Shown here: piece by piece, positions 36,697 through 46,071 of the stretch
How the letters are laid out: the number at the start of each line of letters is the position of its first letter
How positions within the stretch are numbered: the first letter of the stretch is position 1
Source of the DNA: Patescibacteria group bacterium
GTDB lineage: Bacteria; Patescibacteriota; Minisyncoccia; Minisyncoccales; RBG-13-36-15
Direction of reading: 5' to 3'
NCBI GenBank assembly: GCA_022574775.1
Contig: JACZRI010000005.1
Location: 1 to 52,471 of the forward strand
DNA length: 52,471 bases
The notes under the pieces: model-generated
Told to the model about the DNA's origin: nothing
Databases searched by the model: none
The model's input: only the letters and a program-made list of their open reading frames with translations
Made by a program: the position numbers and the translations under genes

Positions 36697-37452
36697 ATGC
36701 GGAATATTCTATCTTTTTTTGAAAGAAAAAAAGCAGAAAAGGGTCGGGGAAAATGGATGTTTGCCCGTGTAGAAAAACAGGCTTCCGCCACCCGCTTCGC
36801 CTCGTTTTCGCCGAGGCGAGAAGACGGAAACGTTAGAAACCGAGAGATGTCTAATGAGCGAAGCGAAGCGAATGAAGTGAGCGCCAGAACTCCGTTCTGG
36901 AAAAGCTGCGCGACTTTTATATGGGAAATTTCAAAAATTATTATTATTGCCTTAGTAATTGTTTTACCAATCCGATATTTTTTGTTTCAACCATTTATTG
37001 TGAGAGGGGCTTCTATGGAACCTAATTTTCATAATGGAGACTATCTTATTATTGATGAATTTTCCTATCGATTTTCAAATCCAGAAAGAGGAGAGGTCAT
37101 AGTTTTCAAAAATCCGAAAAATCTTTCCCAGAAATTTATCAAAAGAATTATTGGTCTTCCCGGAGAAACAATCCAGATAAATGAGGGCAAAGTAATTATT
37201 TTTCAGGATGATGAAGCACAGGTTTTAGATGAATCTTCCTACATATCTGAATTTACTGAAACTCCAGGGGGTCTTACGGTTTCTTTGGCTGAAAATGAAT
37301 ATTTTGTTCTGGGAGACAACAGATTTGCGTCTTTTGACTCTCGGAGATGGGGAGAACTGCCTAGGGAAAATATTATAGGGATGGTGTTTTTTCGGGCTTG
37401 GCCTTTTTCTGCTTTAGCTAAGGTTGAAACACCTATTTATCTAAATCCATAA
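36697..37452 (+). CDS. lepB: Signal peptidase I
   Basis: GASMEP, IKRIIGLPGE, YFVLGDNR..S.DSR. Confidence 0.95.
   Translation: MRNILSFFERKKAEKGRGKWMFARVEKQASATRFASFSPRREDGNVRNREMSNERSEANEVSARTPFWKSCATFIWEISKIIIIALVIVLPIRYFLFQPFIVRGASMEPNFHNGDYLIIDEFSYRFSNPERGEVIVFKNPKNLSQKFIKRIIGLPGETIQINEGKVIIFQDDEAQVLDESSYISEFTETPGGLTVSLAENEYFVLGDNRFASFDSRRWGELPRENIIGMVFFRAWPFSALAKVETPIYLNP
36781..36885. repeat. Palindromic inserts in the lepB 5' coding region
   Basis: tcgcctcg-ttttcgc-cgaggcga hairpin and a gagcgaagcgaagcgaatgaagtgagcg run. Confidence 0.65.
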
Positions 37453-37457
37453 TTTAT

Positions 37458-38870
37458 ATGGAAGAATATAGAGGAAGAAGAAAAAAAGGTTATCAGACGC
37501 CTACTGGAATGCATGACGTCTTGCCTCAGGATCAAAGGTATTTCCAAAAAATTTATAATATCTGCGAGAATATCGTCAGTTTTTACGGTTTTCAAAAAAT
37601 AGAAACTCCCATTGTGGAAACAGCTGAGCTTTTTTCAAAAGGAATAGGTCTGGCGACTGATATCGTGGAAAAGCAGATGTATGTTTTTAGAACGAAGGGA
37701 GGGGATTGGTTGGCTTTAAGGCCAGAGGGGACAGCTTCTGTTGTGAGAGCTTTTATTGAGCATGGTATGCAAAGCCTTCCCAAGCCTGTAAAACTTTGGT
37801 ATTTCGGCCCATTTTTCCGTTATGAACATCCCCAAGCAGGAAGGTTTAGACAATTTCACCAATTCGGTTTTGAAGCTTTTGGAGAAAAAAGCCCGGTAAT
37901 GGATGCACAGATTGTTCAAGTTTTTTATAATATCTTAAAAGAGCTCCGTTTCGACAAATTGGTTGTTGAGGTGAATAATATTGGAGACTCTCAATGCAGG
38001 CCTTATTATAAGAAACTTTTAGTCAGCTATTTGAAATACCGGTTAGGTGGCTTTTGTGCAGTCTGTAGGCAGAGGGCAAAGGAAAATCCATTGAGAATTT
38101 TCGACTGTAAAGAAGAAAAATGTCAAAGGATAAAAGCGCAGGCTCCCCAGATAATTGACCATTTGTGTGAAGAATGCCATAATCATTTTAGAGAATTTTT
38201 AGAATTTTTAGATGAATTAGAACTTCCCTATAATTTGAACCCTTATTTGGTTAGAGGATTGGATTACTATACGAAAACTGTTTTTGAAATTTTTTCCACA
38301 TCCACTGAAAACTTTAATTCTTCGCAACAAGATTCAGAATATCCTCCGAAACTTTATACGAAGGAGGATGGTGGATCCGCTGAAACTCCGCTAAAATTGA
38401 GCGAGGAAGGAGAAAAAGGATATACTTCAAAAGATGCCCTCGTTGGCGGCGGGAGATACGACAACCTTTGCAAAATTTTAGGAGGAGAGCCAACTCCAGC
38501 TTGTGGTGGAGCTGCAGGTATAGAAAGGATAGTTAAGGCTATGAAACAGAGAACCCCGAAGTTGCCACAACCGCAGTTGCCAAAAGTATTTATGGCTCAA
38601 CTGGGAAATTTGGCAAAACGGAAAAGCCTTAAGCTTTTTGAAGAATTTAGGAAAAACCGAATTTCAGTAGCTGATTCTTTTGGCAGAGATGATTTGAAAG
38701 CCCAGCTGAAAGCATCGGACAGAATTGGGGTTCAGCTCACTCTTATTTTAGGACAGAAGGAAGTTCTGGAAGGAACTATTATTATTAAGGATATGAAAAC
38801 TGGCAGACAAGAAACAGTGAAATTAGAGAAGATAATAAAAGAGGTGAAAAAGAGACTCAAGAAAGCCTGA
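37458..38870 (+). CDS. hisS: Histidine--tRNA ligase
   Basis: LRPEGTA, FRYEHPQAGRFRQFHQ, LVRGLDYY, GGGRYD. Confidence 0.97.
   Translation: MEEYRGRRKKGYQTPTGMHDVLPQDQRYFQKIYNICENIVSFYGFQKIETPIVETAELFSKGIGLATDIVEKQMYVFRTKGGDWLALRPEGTASVVRAFIEHGMQSLPKPVKLWYFGPFFRYEHPQAGRFRQFHQFGFEAFGEKSPVMDAQIVQVFYNILKELRFDKLVVEVNNIGDSQCRPYYKKLLVSYLKYRLGGFCAVCRQRAKENPLRIFDCKEEKCQRIKAQAPQIIDHLCEECHNHFREFLEFLDELELPYNLNPYLVRGLDYYTKTVFEIFSTSTENFNSSQQDSEYPPKLYTKEDGGSAETPLKLSEEGEKGYTSKDALVGGGRYDNLCKILGGEPTPACGGAAGIERIVKAMKQRTPKLPQPQLPKVFMAQLGNLAKRKSLKLFEEFRKNRISVADSFGRDDLKAQLKASDRIGVQLTLILGQKEVLEGTIIIKDMKTGRQETVKLEKIIKEVKKRLKKA
38341..38369. repeat. Degenerate family D hairpin within the hisS loop insertion
   Basis: atcctcc-gaaactttatacgaa-ggaggat resembles the topA outer element. 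Confidence 0.55.
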
Positions 38871-38879
38871 AATATGAAG

Positions 38880-38946
38880 TCTGCCGTTTTTTGCGAGTCT
38901 CTCCCGCCCAAGGCGAGGTTCGCCAGAGGCGACGCCTCTGGCGGGA
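38880..38946. repeat. Family A palindrome, intergenic
   Basis: Reverse complement of 38902-38936 matches iscS 50053-50087 at 33 of 35 positions. Confidence 0.88.
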
Positions 38947-38985
38947 ATACCTGAAGACCTTTTCTTTTCGTTTCTTCGTACTTCA

Positions 38986-39336
38986 ATGCAGTGTCTTTTT
39001 TGCAAGATCATCAATAAAGAAATACCTTCAGATATTGTTTATGAAGATGAAAAGGTTATTAGCTTCAAAGATATTCATCCTAAGGCCCCGATTCATTTTT
39101 TGATTTTACCTAAAAAGCATATTCCTTCAGTTAATCACTTGGAAGAAACAGATAAAGAATTAGTAGGAAATTTATTTTTAGTCGCAAAAAATATAGCCAG
39201 AGATAAAAATTTAAATGGATATAAGTTAATTGTAAATGTTGGGAGAGAAGGAGGTCAGTTGATTGATCATTTGCATTTGCATTTACTGGCTGGATGGAAA
39301 TCACCAGAAGAAAGAGAAATACCTAAGATGCCGTAA
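38986..39336 (+). CDS. HIT family nucleotide-binding protein
   Basis: CLFCKI, DIHPKAP.H.L..PK.H, HLHLH. Confidence 0.95.
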   Translation: MQCLFCKIINKEIPSDIVYEDEKVISFKDIHPKAPIHFLILPKKHIPSVNHLEETDKELVGNLFLVAKNIARDKNLNGYKLIVNVGREGGQLIDHLHLHLLAGWKSPEEREIPKMP

Positions 39337-39337
39337 A

Positions 39338-39420
39338 TAGCTCCTAGGTGCTAGTTTCTAGGTTTTTAGTTAATTGTATTTTACCTAGATACTGGACGCT
39401 GAAAGCTAAACATCTAAAAA
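39338..39420. repeat. Inverted degenerate heptamer array
   Basis: ctaggtg-ctagttt-ctaggtt ... ctagata-ctggacg-ctgaaag-ctaaaca. Confidence 0.65.
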
Positions 39421-39666
39421 ATGGTTTTAAAAGTCAGACGTCAACCAAGAGAAACATCGCAAAGTTTAGTTCACCGTTTTTCAAAGAAAGTCAGAAGAAG
39501 CGGAATTTTGCTTCGGGCGAGGAAAATCCGATTCCGAATGAAACCGCCAAGCCGCCAAACCAAAAAAAAATCAGCTTTGCGAAGAGAAGAATCGAGAAAG
39601 AAATATGAAAAACTGGAGAAATTAGGTAAAATGGGAGAGCAGAGTCCGTTTTTTAAAAAAAGATGA
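39421..39666 (+). CDS. rpsU: Ribosomal protein bS21-like
   Basis: V.RQ.RE...SLV.RFSKKV.RSG; basic; near hit and yqeY. Confidence 0.7.
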   Translation: MVLKVRRQPRETSQSLVHRFSKKVRRSGILLRARKIRFRMKPPSRQTKKKSALRREESRKKYEKLEKLGKMGEQSPFFKKR

Positions 39667-40037
39667 TTGAATCTGCAAAGAAACTGTTAATTGTAGAGGA
39701 TGAGAAGATGTTATCAGAGATGTATCAAGATACATTTTCTCAGGCAGGATATGAAGTCTTTGCGGCTTTTACCGTTGATGAAGGAATAAAAATTGCAAGA
39801 AATAAAAAACCTGACTTAATCTTGCTTGATATTTTACTGCCAAAAGAAAGTGGAATTGCCTTTTTACAAAAATTAAAAAAAGATCTTCATATTTCTACCA
39901 TTCCAGTGGTGGCTTTCTCCAATTACGATGACCCAAAAACAAGAAAGGAAGCTATTAACCTTGGGATCAAGGCATATTTGCTAAAAACTGATTTTACCCC
40001 AAAAGATATTGTAGAAAAAGTAAAAGAATACTTTTGA
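39663..40037 (+). CDS. Single-domain response regulator (CheY-like)
   Basis: LIVEDE, PDLILLDILLP, FSN, YLLK. Confidence 0.92.
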   Translation: MIESAKKLLIVEDEKMLSEMYQDTFSQAGYEVFAAFTVDEGIKIARNKKPDLILLDILLPKESGIAFLQKLKKDLHISTIPVVAFSNYDDPKTRKEAINLGIKAYLLKTDFTPKDIVEKVKEYF

Positions 40038-41254
40038 TGGGAACAATTGATTGGCAATTGAAAGTTCTAATGGAGGGAGTAGCCGAAATCTTACCGGCTG
40101 ATTCTTTAAAAGAGAAATTAGCCATTTCCAGAAAAGAACAAAGACCTTTAAGAGTAAAGCTGGGGGCCGATCCGACGGCCCCTGATTTGCATTTAGGGCA
40201 TGCAGTTGCTTTAAGGAAGCTCCGCCAATTCCAGAAATTAGGCCATAAAATCATAATTATCATCGGGGATTTTACTGCCCAAATTGGAGATCCATCTGGG
40301 AGGTTAAAGACAAGGCCTCATTTAACGAAAAAAGAAGTTATCTCGAATGCCAAAACTTATGTTAACCAACTTTCAAAGATACTTGATTCTGTTAAAACAG
40401 AAATAGTGTTCAATGGCAGTTGGTTGGAAAAGCTTACTTTAAGAGAAGTGATAAAATTGGCAGCTGTTTCGAGCGTCAGTAGGATGTTGGAAAGAGAGGA
40501 TTTCAAAAAAAGATACAAGAAAGGCATTGAAATTTCAATCCATGAGTTCTTGTATCCTTTATTGCAGAGTTACGATTCAGTAAAGATTAAAGCAGATGTT
40601 GAAATAGGAGGAATGGACCAAAAATTTAATCTGCTGGTAGGCAGAGATATTCAAGCAGCCTTTGACCAGTCCTCTCAATGCTGTCTTTTACTTCCTTTAC
40701 TGGAGGGAACTGATGGCAAGGAGAAGATGTCAAAGAGCTTGGGGAATTACGTTGGCTTAACCGATAAACCATCAGATATGTTTGGGAAGATAATGTCTCT
40801 TCCTGATAATTTAATGATAAAATATTTTAAGCTTTGCACTAATTTTGATGAAAAAACGATAAGAGAATTTGAAAAAAGTTTAGAGAAAAAAGAATTACAC
40901 CCAAAAGATCTTAAGACAAAATTAGCTTTTGAGATTGTGAGGATATATCATGGAAGAAAAAAAGCTGCAGAGGCTGCTGAATATTTCAAAACCGTTTTTC
41001 AAAAAAAGAAGCTTCCTCAAAAGATGCCAGAATACGCTATAAAGCAAAAGAAAGTAATTTTTTTGGCTCAATTGCTGATAAAATTTGGCTTGGCAAAAAG
41101 TAAAAGCGATGGGAAAAGATTAATTGAGCAGGGGGGAGTGAAAATGAATCAAAGAAAAGTAAAAGATATTAATCAAAAAATAGACCCCAAAAAACAAAAA
41201 GAGATAATTTTACAGGTTGGCCCCCGAAGGTTTGTGAAAGTTAAGTTCAAATAA
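40034..41254 (+). CDS. tyrS: Tyrosine--tRNA ligase
   Basis: GADPTAPDLHLGH, IGDPSG, YPLLQ.YD, KMSKSLGN, S4 domain. Confidence 0.97.
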   Translation: MMGTIDWQLKVLMEGVAEILPADSLKEKLAISRKEQRPLRVKLGADPTAPDLHLGHAVALRKLRQFQKLGHKIIIIIGDFTAQIGDPSGRLKTRPHLTKKEVISNAKTYVNQLSKILDSVKTEIVFNGSWLEKLTLREVIKLAAVSSVSRMLEREDFKKRYKKGIEISIHEFLYPLLQSYDSVKIKADVEIGGMDQKFNLLVGRDIQAAFDQSSQCCLLLPLLEGTDGKEKMSKSLGNYVGLTDKPSDMFGKIMSLPDNLMIKYFKLCTNFDEKTIREFEKSLEKKELHPKDLKTKLAFEIVRIYHGRKKAAEAAEYFKTVFQKKKLPQKMPEYAIKQKKVIFLAQLLIKFGLAKSKSDGKRLIEQGGVKMNQRKVKDINQKIDPKKQKEIILQVGPRRFVKVKFK

Positions 41255-41258
41255 ACTT

Positions 41259-41786
41259 ATGGCTTTGAAAGAAAAAATTACAGCTGATTTAAAAGACGCC
41301 TTAAAAGGAAAGAAAGAGCTTGAAGTTTCGGTTTTAAGAATGCTTTTGGCTGCTATTTTGAATAAAGAAAAAGAAAAACGGGCAAAATTAGCTAAAGAGG
41401 AAGAAGGACTGAAAGAAGAAGAATTAGCGAAAAAGAGCCAGCTTACCGATGAGGAAATGCTTGAGGTTGTTTCCTCGGAAGCAAAAAAAAGAAAAGAAGC
41501 TATTGAGGGGTTTTCCGCTCTAGGCGGACCCGCCTCGGACGGGGAGAAAGATAAAATAGAGAGGTTTATCAATAAAGAGAAGCAGGAATTAGAAATTCTT
41601 AAAGAGTATCTGCCAGAACAATTATCACAAGAAAAAATTAAAAAATTGGCTCAAGGAGCTATTGAAAAAGTCGGGGCTACCTCGTTAAAAGATATAGGAA
41701 AAGTAATGGCAGATCTTATGCCGAAAGTTCAAGGAAAAGCAGATGGAAATACGGTTTCTAAAATAGTCAAAGAATTTTTAAGTTGA
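41259..41786 (+). CDS. GatB/YqeY domain protein
   Basis: DLKDALK, KKRKEAIE, YLPEQLS, GKVM...MPKVQGKADG. Confidence 0.92.
   Translation: MALKEKITADLKDALKGKKELEVSVLRMLLAAILNKEKEKRAKLAKEEEGLKEEELAKKSQLTDEEMLEVVSSEAKKRKEAIEGFSALGGPASDGEKDKIERFINKEKQELEILKEYLPEQLSQEKIKKLAQGAIEKVGATSLKDIGKVMADLMPKVQGKADGNTVSKIVKEFLS
41514..41543 (+). repeat. Double mini-hairpin in-frame within yqeY
   Basis: tccgctctaggcgga-cccgcctcggacggg, 30 bp, encoding SALGGPASDG. Confidence 0.7.
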
Positions 41787-41870
41787 CAAATAACAATAAA
41801 AGGTTCATAAAAAAACCACTTTTATTTTTTTAAATTATATGATAGTATTTAAAGAGATTTCATCCTTGTT

Positions 41871-42341
41871 GTGATTGGAATTAATAATCTTACTACTACT
41901 TCTGTTAATGAAGAGTTTTTACAAAAGATTGTCAGAAAAGTTTTAAAAGGCGAGGGGGTAAAAGGCGAGATGGAGCTGTCCATTGCCCTTGTAGAATCTG
42001 CAAGAATAAGAGAGTTAAATAAAAGATATTTAGGAAAAGATAAAGTGACTGATGTGCTCGCTTTTGGCGAGAAGTATGAAGTAGGAAGTACGGAGAAGGA
42101 AAAGGGAATTAAGTCTCCCGGCCCATTTATTGAGTTAGGCGAAGTAATTATTTGCCCTCAACAAGTAAAAAAAAACGCGAAGAAATTCGGTTCTACTTTT
42201 GAAAAAGAACTAGCCAAAATTTTAATTCACGGAATCTTGCATCTTTTAAGCTATAACCATGAAAAATCAAGAGCCGAGGCAAAAAAAATGGAAAAAAAGG
42301 AACAAAATTATCTCTCAAGAGTCCTAGATTCTAAATTCTAA
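41871..42341 (+). CDS. ybeY: rRNA maturation endoribonuclease YbeY
   Basis: LNKRY..KDKVTDVLAF, LGEVII, IHGILHLLSYNH. Confidence 0.94.
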   Translation: MIGINNLTTTSVNEEFLQKIVRKVLKGEGVKGEMELSIALVESARIRELNKRYLGKDKVTDVLAFGEKYEVGSTEKEKGIKSPGPFIELGEVIICPQQVKKNAKKFGSTFEKELAKILIHGILHLLSYNHEKSRAEAKKMEKKEQNYLSRVLDSKF

Positions 42342-42345
42342 ATCC

Positions 42346-43554
42346 ATGCGAAGAAATACTCTAATTACTGGTGTTGATATTGGAACAGGTGGTATAAAGA
42401 TTCTTGCAGTAACGATAGGTGAAAAAGAATCAGATCCTGAAGTCTTAGGAATTACTCAAGCGCCTGTTTTGGGTGTTAGAAAAGGTACGGTGATTAATGT
42501 AGAGGAGGTCTCAAATAGTCTGCGATCTGCGCTGGAAGAATTTCAGGATGTAGTCGGTCAAAAAATCGATTCTGCAGTAATTAATCTTTCTGGAAGCCAT
42601 ATTTTCGTCACTCCTTCCAAAGGAGTGGTGGTTGTTTCTCGCGCTGATAAGGAAATTTCTCAAGAAGACATTGAAAGAGTTATGCAGGCTGCCCAGACTT
42701 TCTCGCTTCCGTCCAATAAGGAGATTTTAGAAGTTCTTCCAAAGGAATTCATTATTGACGGTGAAAAAGGGATAAAAGAGCCTCTTGGTCTTCAAGGGGT
42801 AAGGCTTGAGGTAGAAATTCTTGCTCTGGGCGGTTTTTCTCCTTATATTAAGAATTTAACCAAAGCAGTTTTAAATTCTGGCATTCAAATTTCTGATATT
42901 GCTATTTCTCCTTTGGCTTCTTCCAGGTCAATTTTAACTCCTAGGCAAAAAGAATTGGGAGTGGCGCTCTTGGATATCGGAGCTGGAACTTCAGGGCTAG
43001 CAGTTTTTGAAGAAGGGGATTTAATTCATACAACAATTTTCCCGGTGGGATCTGCGCATATTACCAATGATATCGCAGTCGGTTTAAAGACAGATATTGA
43101 TACTGCAGAAAGAATAAAAATAGAATTTGGTTCTTGCCTTTGGAAAGCATCAAAGAAAAAAGAGAAAATTAAGAAGATCGGCAAAAAAGAACCCTTAATG
43201 TTTTCTCAAAAGATGCTTGGGAATATCATTGAAGCCAGAATGTCCGAAATTTTTGACTTAACTAATAAAGAACTCAAAAAGATTTCTCGTCAAGGGAAGT
43301 TGCCTTCGGGCGTTGTGTTAACTGGTGGTGGAGTAAAATTACCAAGAATAGTAGAGTTTGCGAAAAAGGAATTAAAACTGCCATGTCAAATAGAATACCC
43401 TAGCGGGATCATTGGATTAGAGAAAGATCCTGCCCTATCTTTAGTATCTGGATTAGTTTTAAGAGGAATTGATTTGGAGGAGGACAGCCTTCCTTCTTTT
43501 CAAGGAGGATTTTTCTCTAAGTTTAAAAAAGTATTCAGAATTTTTATACCATAA
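42346..43554 (+). CDS. ftsA: Cell division protein FtsA
   Basis: VDIGT, GVRKG, DIGAGTS, ITNDIA, VLTGGG; C-terminal amphipathic helix. Confidence 0.95.
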   Translation: MRRNTLITGVDIGTGGIKILAVTIGEKESDPEVLGITQAPVLGVRKGTVINVEEVSNSLRSALEEFQDVVGQKIDSAVINLSGSHIFVTPSKGVVVVSRADKEISQEDIERVMQAAQTFSLPSNKEILEVLPKEFIIDGEKGIKEPLGLQGVRLEVEILALGGFSPYIKNLTKAVLNSGIQISDIAISPLASSRSILTPRQKELGVALLDIGAGTSGLAVFEEGDLIHTTIFPVGSAHITNDIAVGLKTDIDTAERIKIEFGSCLWKASKKKEKIKKIGKKEPLMFSQKMLGNIIEARMSEIFDLTNKELKKISRQGKLPSGVVLTGGGVKLPRIVEFAKKELKLPCQIEYPSGIIGLEKDPALSLVSGLVLRGIDLEEDSLPSFQGGFFSKFKKVFRIFIP

Positions 43555-43562
43555 ACATTTCT

Positions 43563-44501
43563 ATGAATTCTAAAATTAAAGTAGTTGGAGTGGGAGGGTC
43601 TGGCTCTAATGCCATCTCGAGAATGATGAGATCTAAGATTCAGGGGGTTGATTTGATTTCCATTAATGCTGATTTGCAGGATTTAAATAAGGCTCAAGCC
43701 CATATTAAAATTGAGATTGGTAAAAAATTGACTGGAGGATTAGGGGCTGGAATGAATCCTAATGTTGGGAGATTGGCAGCAGAAGAAAATAGGGCAGACA
43801 TTGAAGAGGTTTTAAAAGATTCAGATTTAGTTTTTATTGCCTGTGGTTTGGGTGGTGGTTGTGGGACTGGAGCTGCCCCGGTGGTGGCAGAGATTGCAAA
43901 GAAGGGAGGCGCTTTGACTATTGCGGTAGTTACTAAACCCTTTTCTTTTGAAGGTAGTCCAAGAAAAAAAATTGCTGAAACTGGGTTAGAGGCTTTGAAA
44001 AACAAAGTTGATAGCCTGATGGTTATTCCGAACGACAAATTATTGAAGATTGCTAATGAAAAAATCTCGGTTTCTGCCGCTTTTTCGCTTTGTGATGAAA
44101 TTTTAAAGCAGGCTGTACAAGGCATTTCTGACTTAATTTCGCTTCCTGGTATTGTAAATGTTGATTTTGCTGATTTGAAGACCGTTATGGGAAATTCGGG
44201 GGCTGCTATCTTTGGAGTGGGAATAGGAAAAGGGGAAAATAGGGTTGAAGAAGCTGTTCATCTTGCCCTTCGCTCTCCGCTTCTTGAGGACATCCCTCTC
44301 ATGAAAGGAGGAAGGGCAGTTTTGATTAACGTGAGCGGGGGAAAAGATTTGGCTCTTTCTGAAATTCAAGATGCAGTGGAAATGATTAAGGCTGATTTGA
44401 ATCCTCGGGCAAAGTTGATTTTTGGAGCAGTTGAAGATAAGAAATTAAAAGAAGGAGAGATTAAAATTGCTATTTTTATCACTGGTTTTGAAAAAGGTTA
44501 G
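43563..44501 (+). CDS. ftsZ: Cell division protein FtsZ (no C-terminal tail)
   Basis: VGVGGSGSNA, GLGAG.NP, GGGCGTG, PFSFEG, NVDFAD, ITGF. Confidence 0.95.
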   Translation: MNSKIKVVGVGGSGSNAISRMMRSKIQGVDLISINADLQDLNKAQAHIKIEIGKKLTGGLGAGMNPNVGRLAAEENRADIEEVLKDSDLVFIACGLGGGCGTGAAPVVAEIAKKGGALTIAVVTKPFSFEGSPRKKIAETGLEALKNKVDSLMVIPNDKLLKIANEKISVSAAFSLCDEILKQAVQGISDLISLPGIVNVDFADLKTVMGNSGAAIFGVGIGKGENRVEEAVHLALRSPLLEDIPLMKGGRAVLINVSGGKDLALSEIQDAVEMIKADLNPRAKLIFGAVEDKKLKEGEIKIAIFITGFEKG

Positions 44502-44510
44502 AGTTTAATC

Positions 44511-46010
44511 ATGACTCCTTCTAAGGTTTTTTTGTATTTCTGTCTCTCTTTTGTTGGAGGGATTTTTTTAAGCTCAATTATTACACTTTCCCAGATTCTT
44601 ATACTGGGATTTTTAATTTCAGGAATTTTTTGTATTTCTGTTTTCTGGAGGTACAAAAAGATAGCGGTTTTTGGTTTTTGTTTGCTTTTTCTCGTTGGCG
44701 GCATCTTCCGACATCAATTAGCCGAGTCAAATGTTCTGAATTCTGAATTAAGATATCACAACGATAAAGAAGAAATTATTACTTTGGTTGGAATTGTGGC
44801 AAAAGAGCCTGATGTGAGAGAGAAAAGCATAAAATTGACCGTCAATACCGAAAATATTAGTCAGACAAATCAGTACGAGAACGGTTTCCGCGCTATTACT
44901 GGAAGGGTTTTGGTCACTACTTGGAGATACCCTGGATATCAATACGGAGATAAATTAAAAATTACTGGAAAATTGGAAACTCCTCCAAAGTTCGAGGATT
45001 TTAACTATAAAGATTATCTTAAAAAAGAGGGGATTTATTCAGTAATAGGTTTTCCAGAGATTGAGTTAATTGGTAAAAATCAAGGAAATTTAGTTTATGC
45101 CGGGATTTTGTCTTTTAAAAATAAATTGAGAGGGCAGATTTATAGTTATCTTAATCCTCCCCAAAGCTCAATTTTAGGAGCGATGCTTTTGGGCGATAAA
45201 AGAAAAATTTCAGAGGAATGGAAACAAAAATTAAACGTTGCAGGTGTAAGGCATATTACCGCTATATCCGGCCTCCACGTGACTATCTTAACTGTTATTC
45301 TCATGACTCTGTTAATTGGTCTTGGTTTTTGGCGTCAGCAGGCTTTTTATTTTACTATAATTTTCATCACGATTTTCATTATTATGACGGGTTTTCAACC
45401 CTCTGCCGTTCGCGCCGGAATAATGGGAGGACTTTTTCTTTTAGCTCAACACTTGGGAAGGCAGAATGTTTCTTATCGGGCTATTGTTTTTGCAGGAGCT
45501 GTAATGCTGCTGCAAAACCCTTTTCTCTTAACTTTAGATGTTGGCTTTCAACTTTCTTTTTTAGCGATGATGGGGATAATTTATTTTTTGCCAGTATTTA
45601 GAAATTTGCTAAAATTTATTCCCGTAGATAATATAAAAACCATTTTGGCAATGACATTTTCAGCCTATCTCTTTACCTTGCCAATTTTAATTTATAATTT
45701 CGGTTATATTTCTGTCGTTTCCCCAATTACCAATGTTTTAATCATTCCTTCTCTGTACTGGATTATGATTTTCGGATTTTTATTTGTTATTTTAGGAACC
45801 ATTTCACCTGTTTTGGGATGGATTCTTTCCTTTCCAGTCTGGATTTTATTAACTTATATTGTAAAAATTGTAGATTTGCTATCTGATCTTCCTTTAGCTT
45901 CCTTGGCATTCACCAATATTCACTGGATCTGGATTCTTATTTCTTATTTAGTTTTAGGCTCTTTCGCGTTCTATTTAGATAAAAAGAGCCGGTTTCCCTC
46001 AGCTTTTTAA
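44511..46010 (+). CDS. comEC: ComEC/Rec2 competence protein (no MBL domain)
   Basis: DUF4131-like OB region, HITAISGLHV, PSAVRA, GFQLSF. Confidence 0.92.
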   Translation: MTPSKVFLYFCLSFVGGIFLSSIITLSQILILGFLISGIFCISVFWRYKKIAVFGFCLLFLVGGIFRHQLAESNVLNSELRYHNDKEEIITLVGIVAKEPDVREKSIKLTVNTENISQTNQYENGFRAITGRVLVTTWRYPGYQYGDKLKITGKLETPPKFEDFNYKDYLKKEGIYSVIGFPEIELIGKNQGNLVYAGILSFKNKLRGQIYSYLNPPQSSILGAMLLGDKRKISEEWKQKLNVAGVRHITAISGLHVTILTVILMTLLIGLGFWRQQAFYFTIIFITIFIIMTGFQPSAVRAGIMGGLFLLAQHLGRQNVSYRAIVFAGAVMLLQNPFLLTLDVGFQLSFLAMMGIIYFLPVFRNLLKFIPVDNIKTILAMTFSAYLFTLPILIYNFGYISVVSPITNVLIIPSLYWIMIFGFLFVILGTISPVLGWILSFPVWILLTYIVKIVDLLSDLPLASLAFTNIHWIWILISYLVLGSFAFYLDKKSRFPSAF

Positions 46011-46020
46011 AGAATTTCTG

Positions 46021-46053
46021 TTAAGAGCGCAGGATTCGAACCCTGCGCTCCTT
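46021..46053 (-). repeat. T-loop-like hairpin repeat, copy 3
   Basis: gagcgcagg-attcgaac-cctgcgctc; reverse complement of the 10819-10840 arm. Confidence 0.75.
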
Positions 46054-46071
46054 CTGTGTTATACTAATAAA

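Noticed and set aside
38732-39103. Several short overlapping ORFs between hisS and hit, and opposite pth
   Set aside because: They arise because the GC palindromes lack stop codons; there is no independent coding signal
39348-39608. 86-aa ORF overlapping rpsU
   Set aside because: Starts in the heptamer array and overlaps the better-supported bS21-like frame
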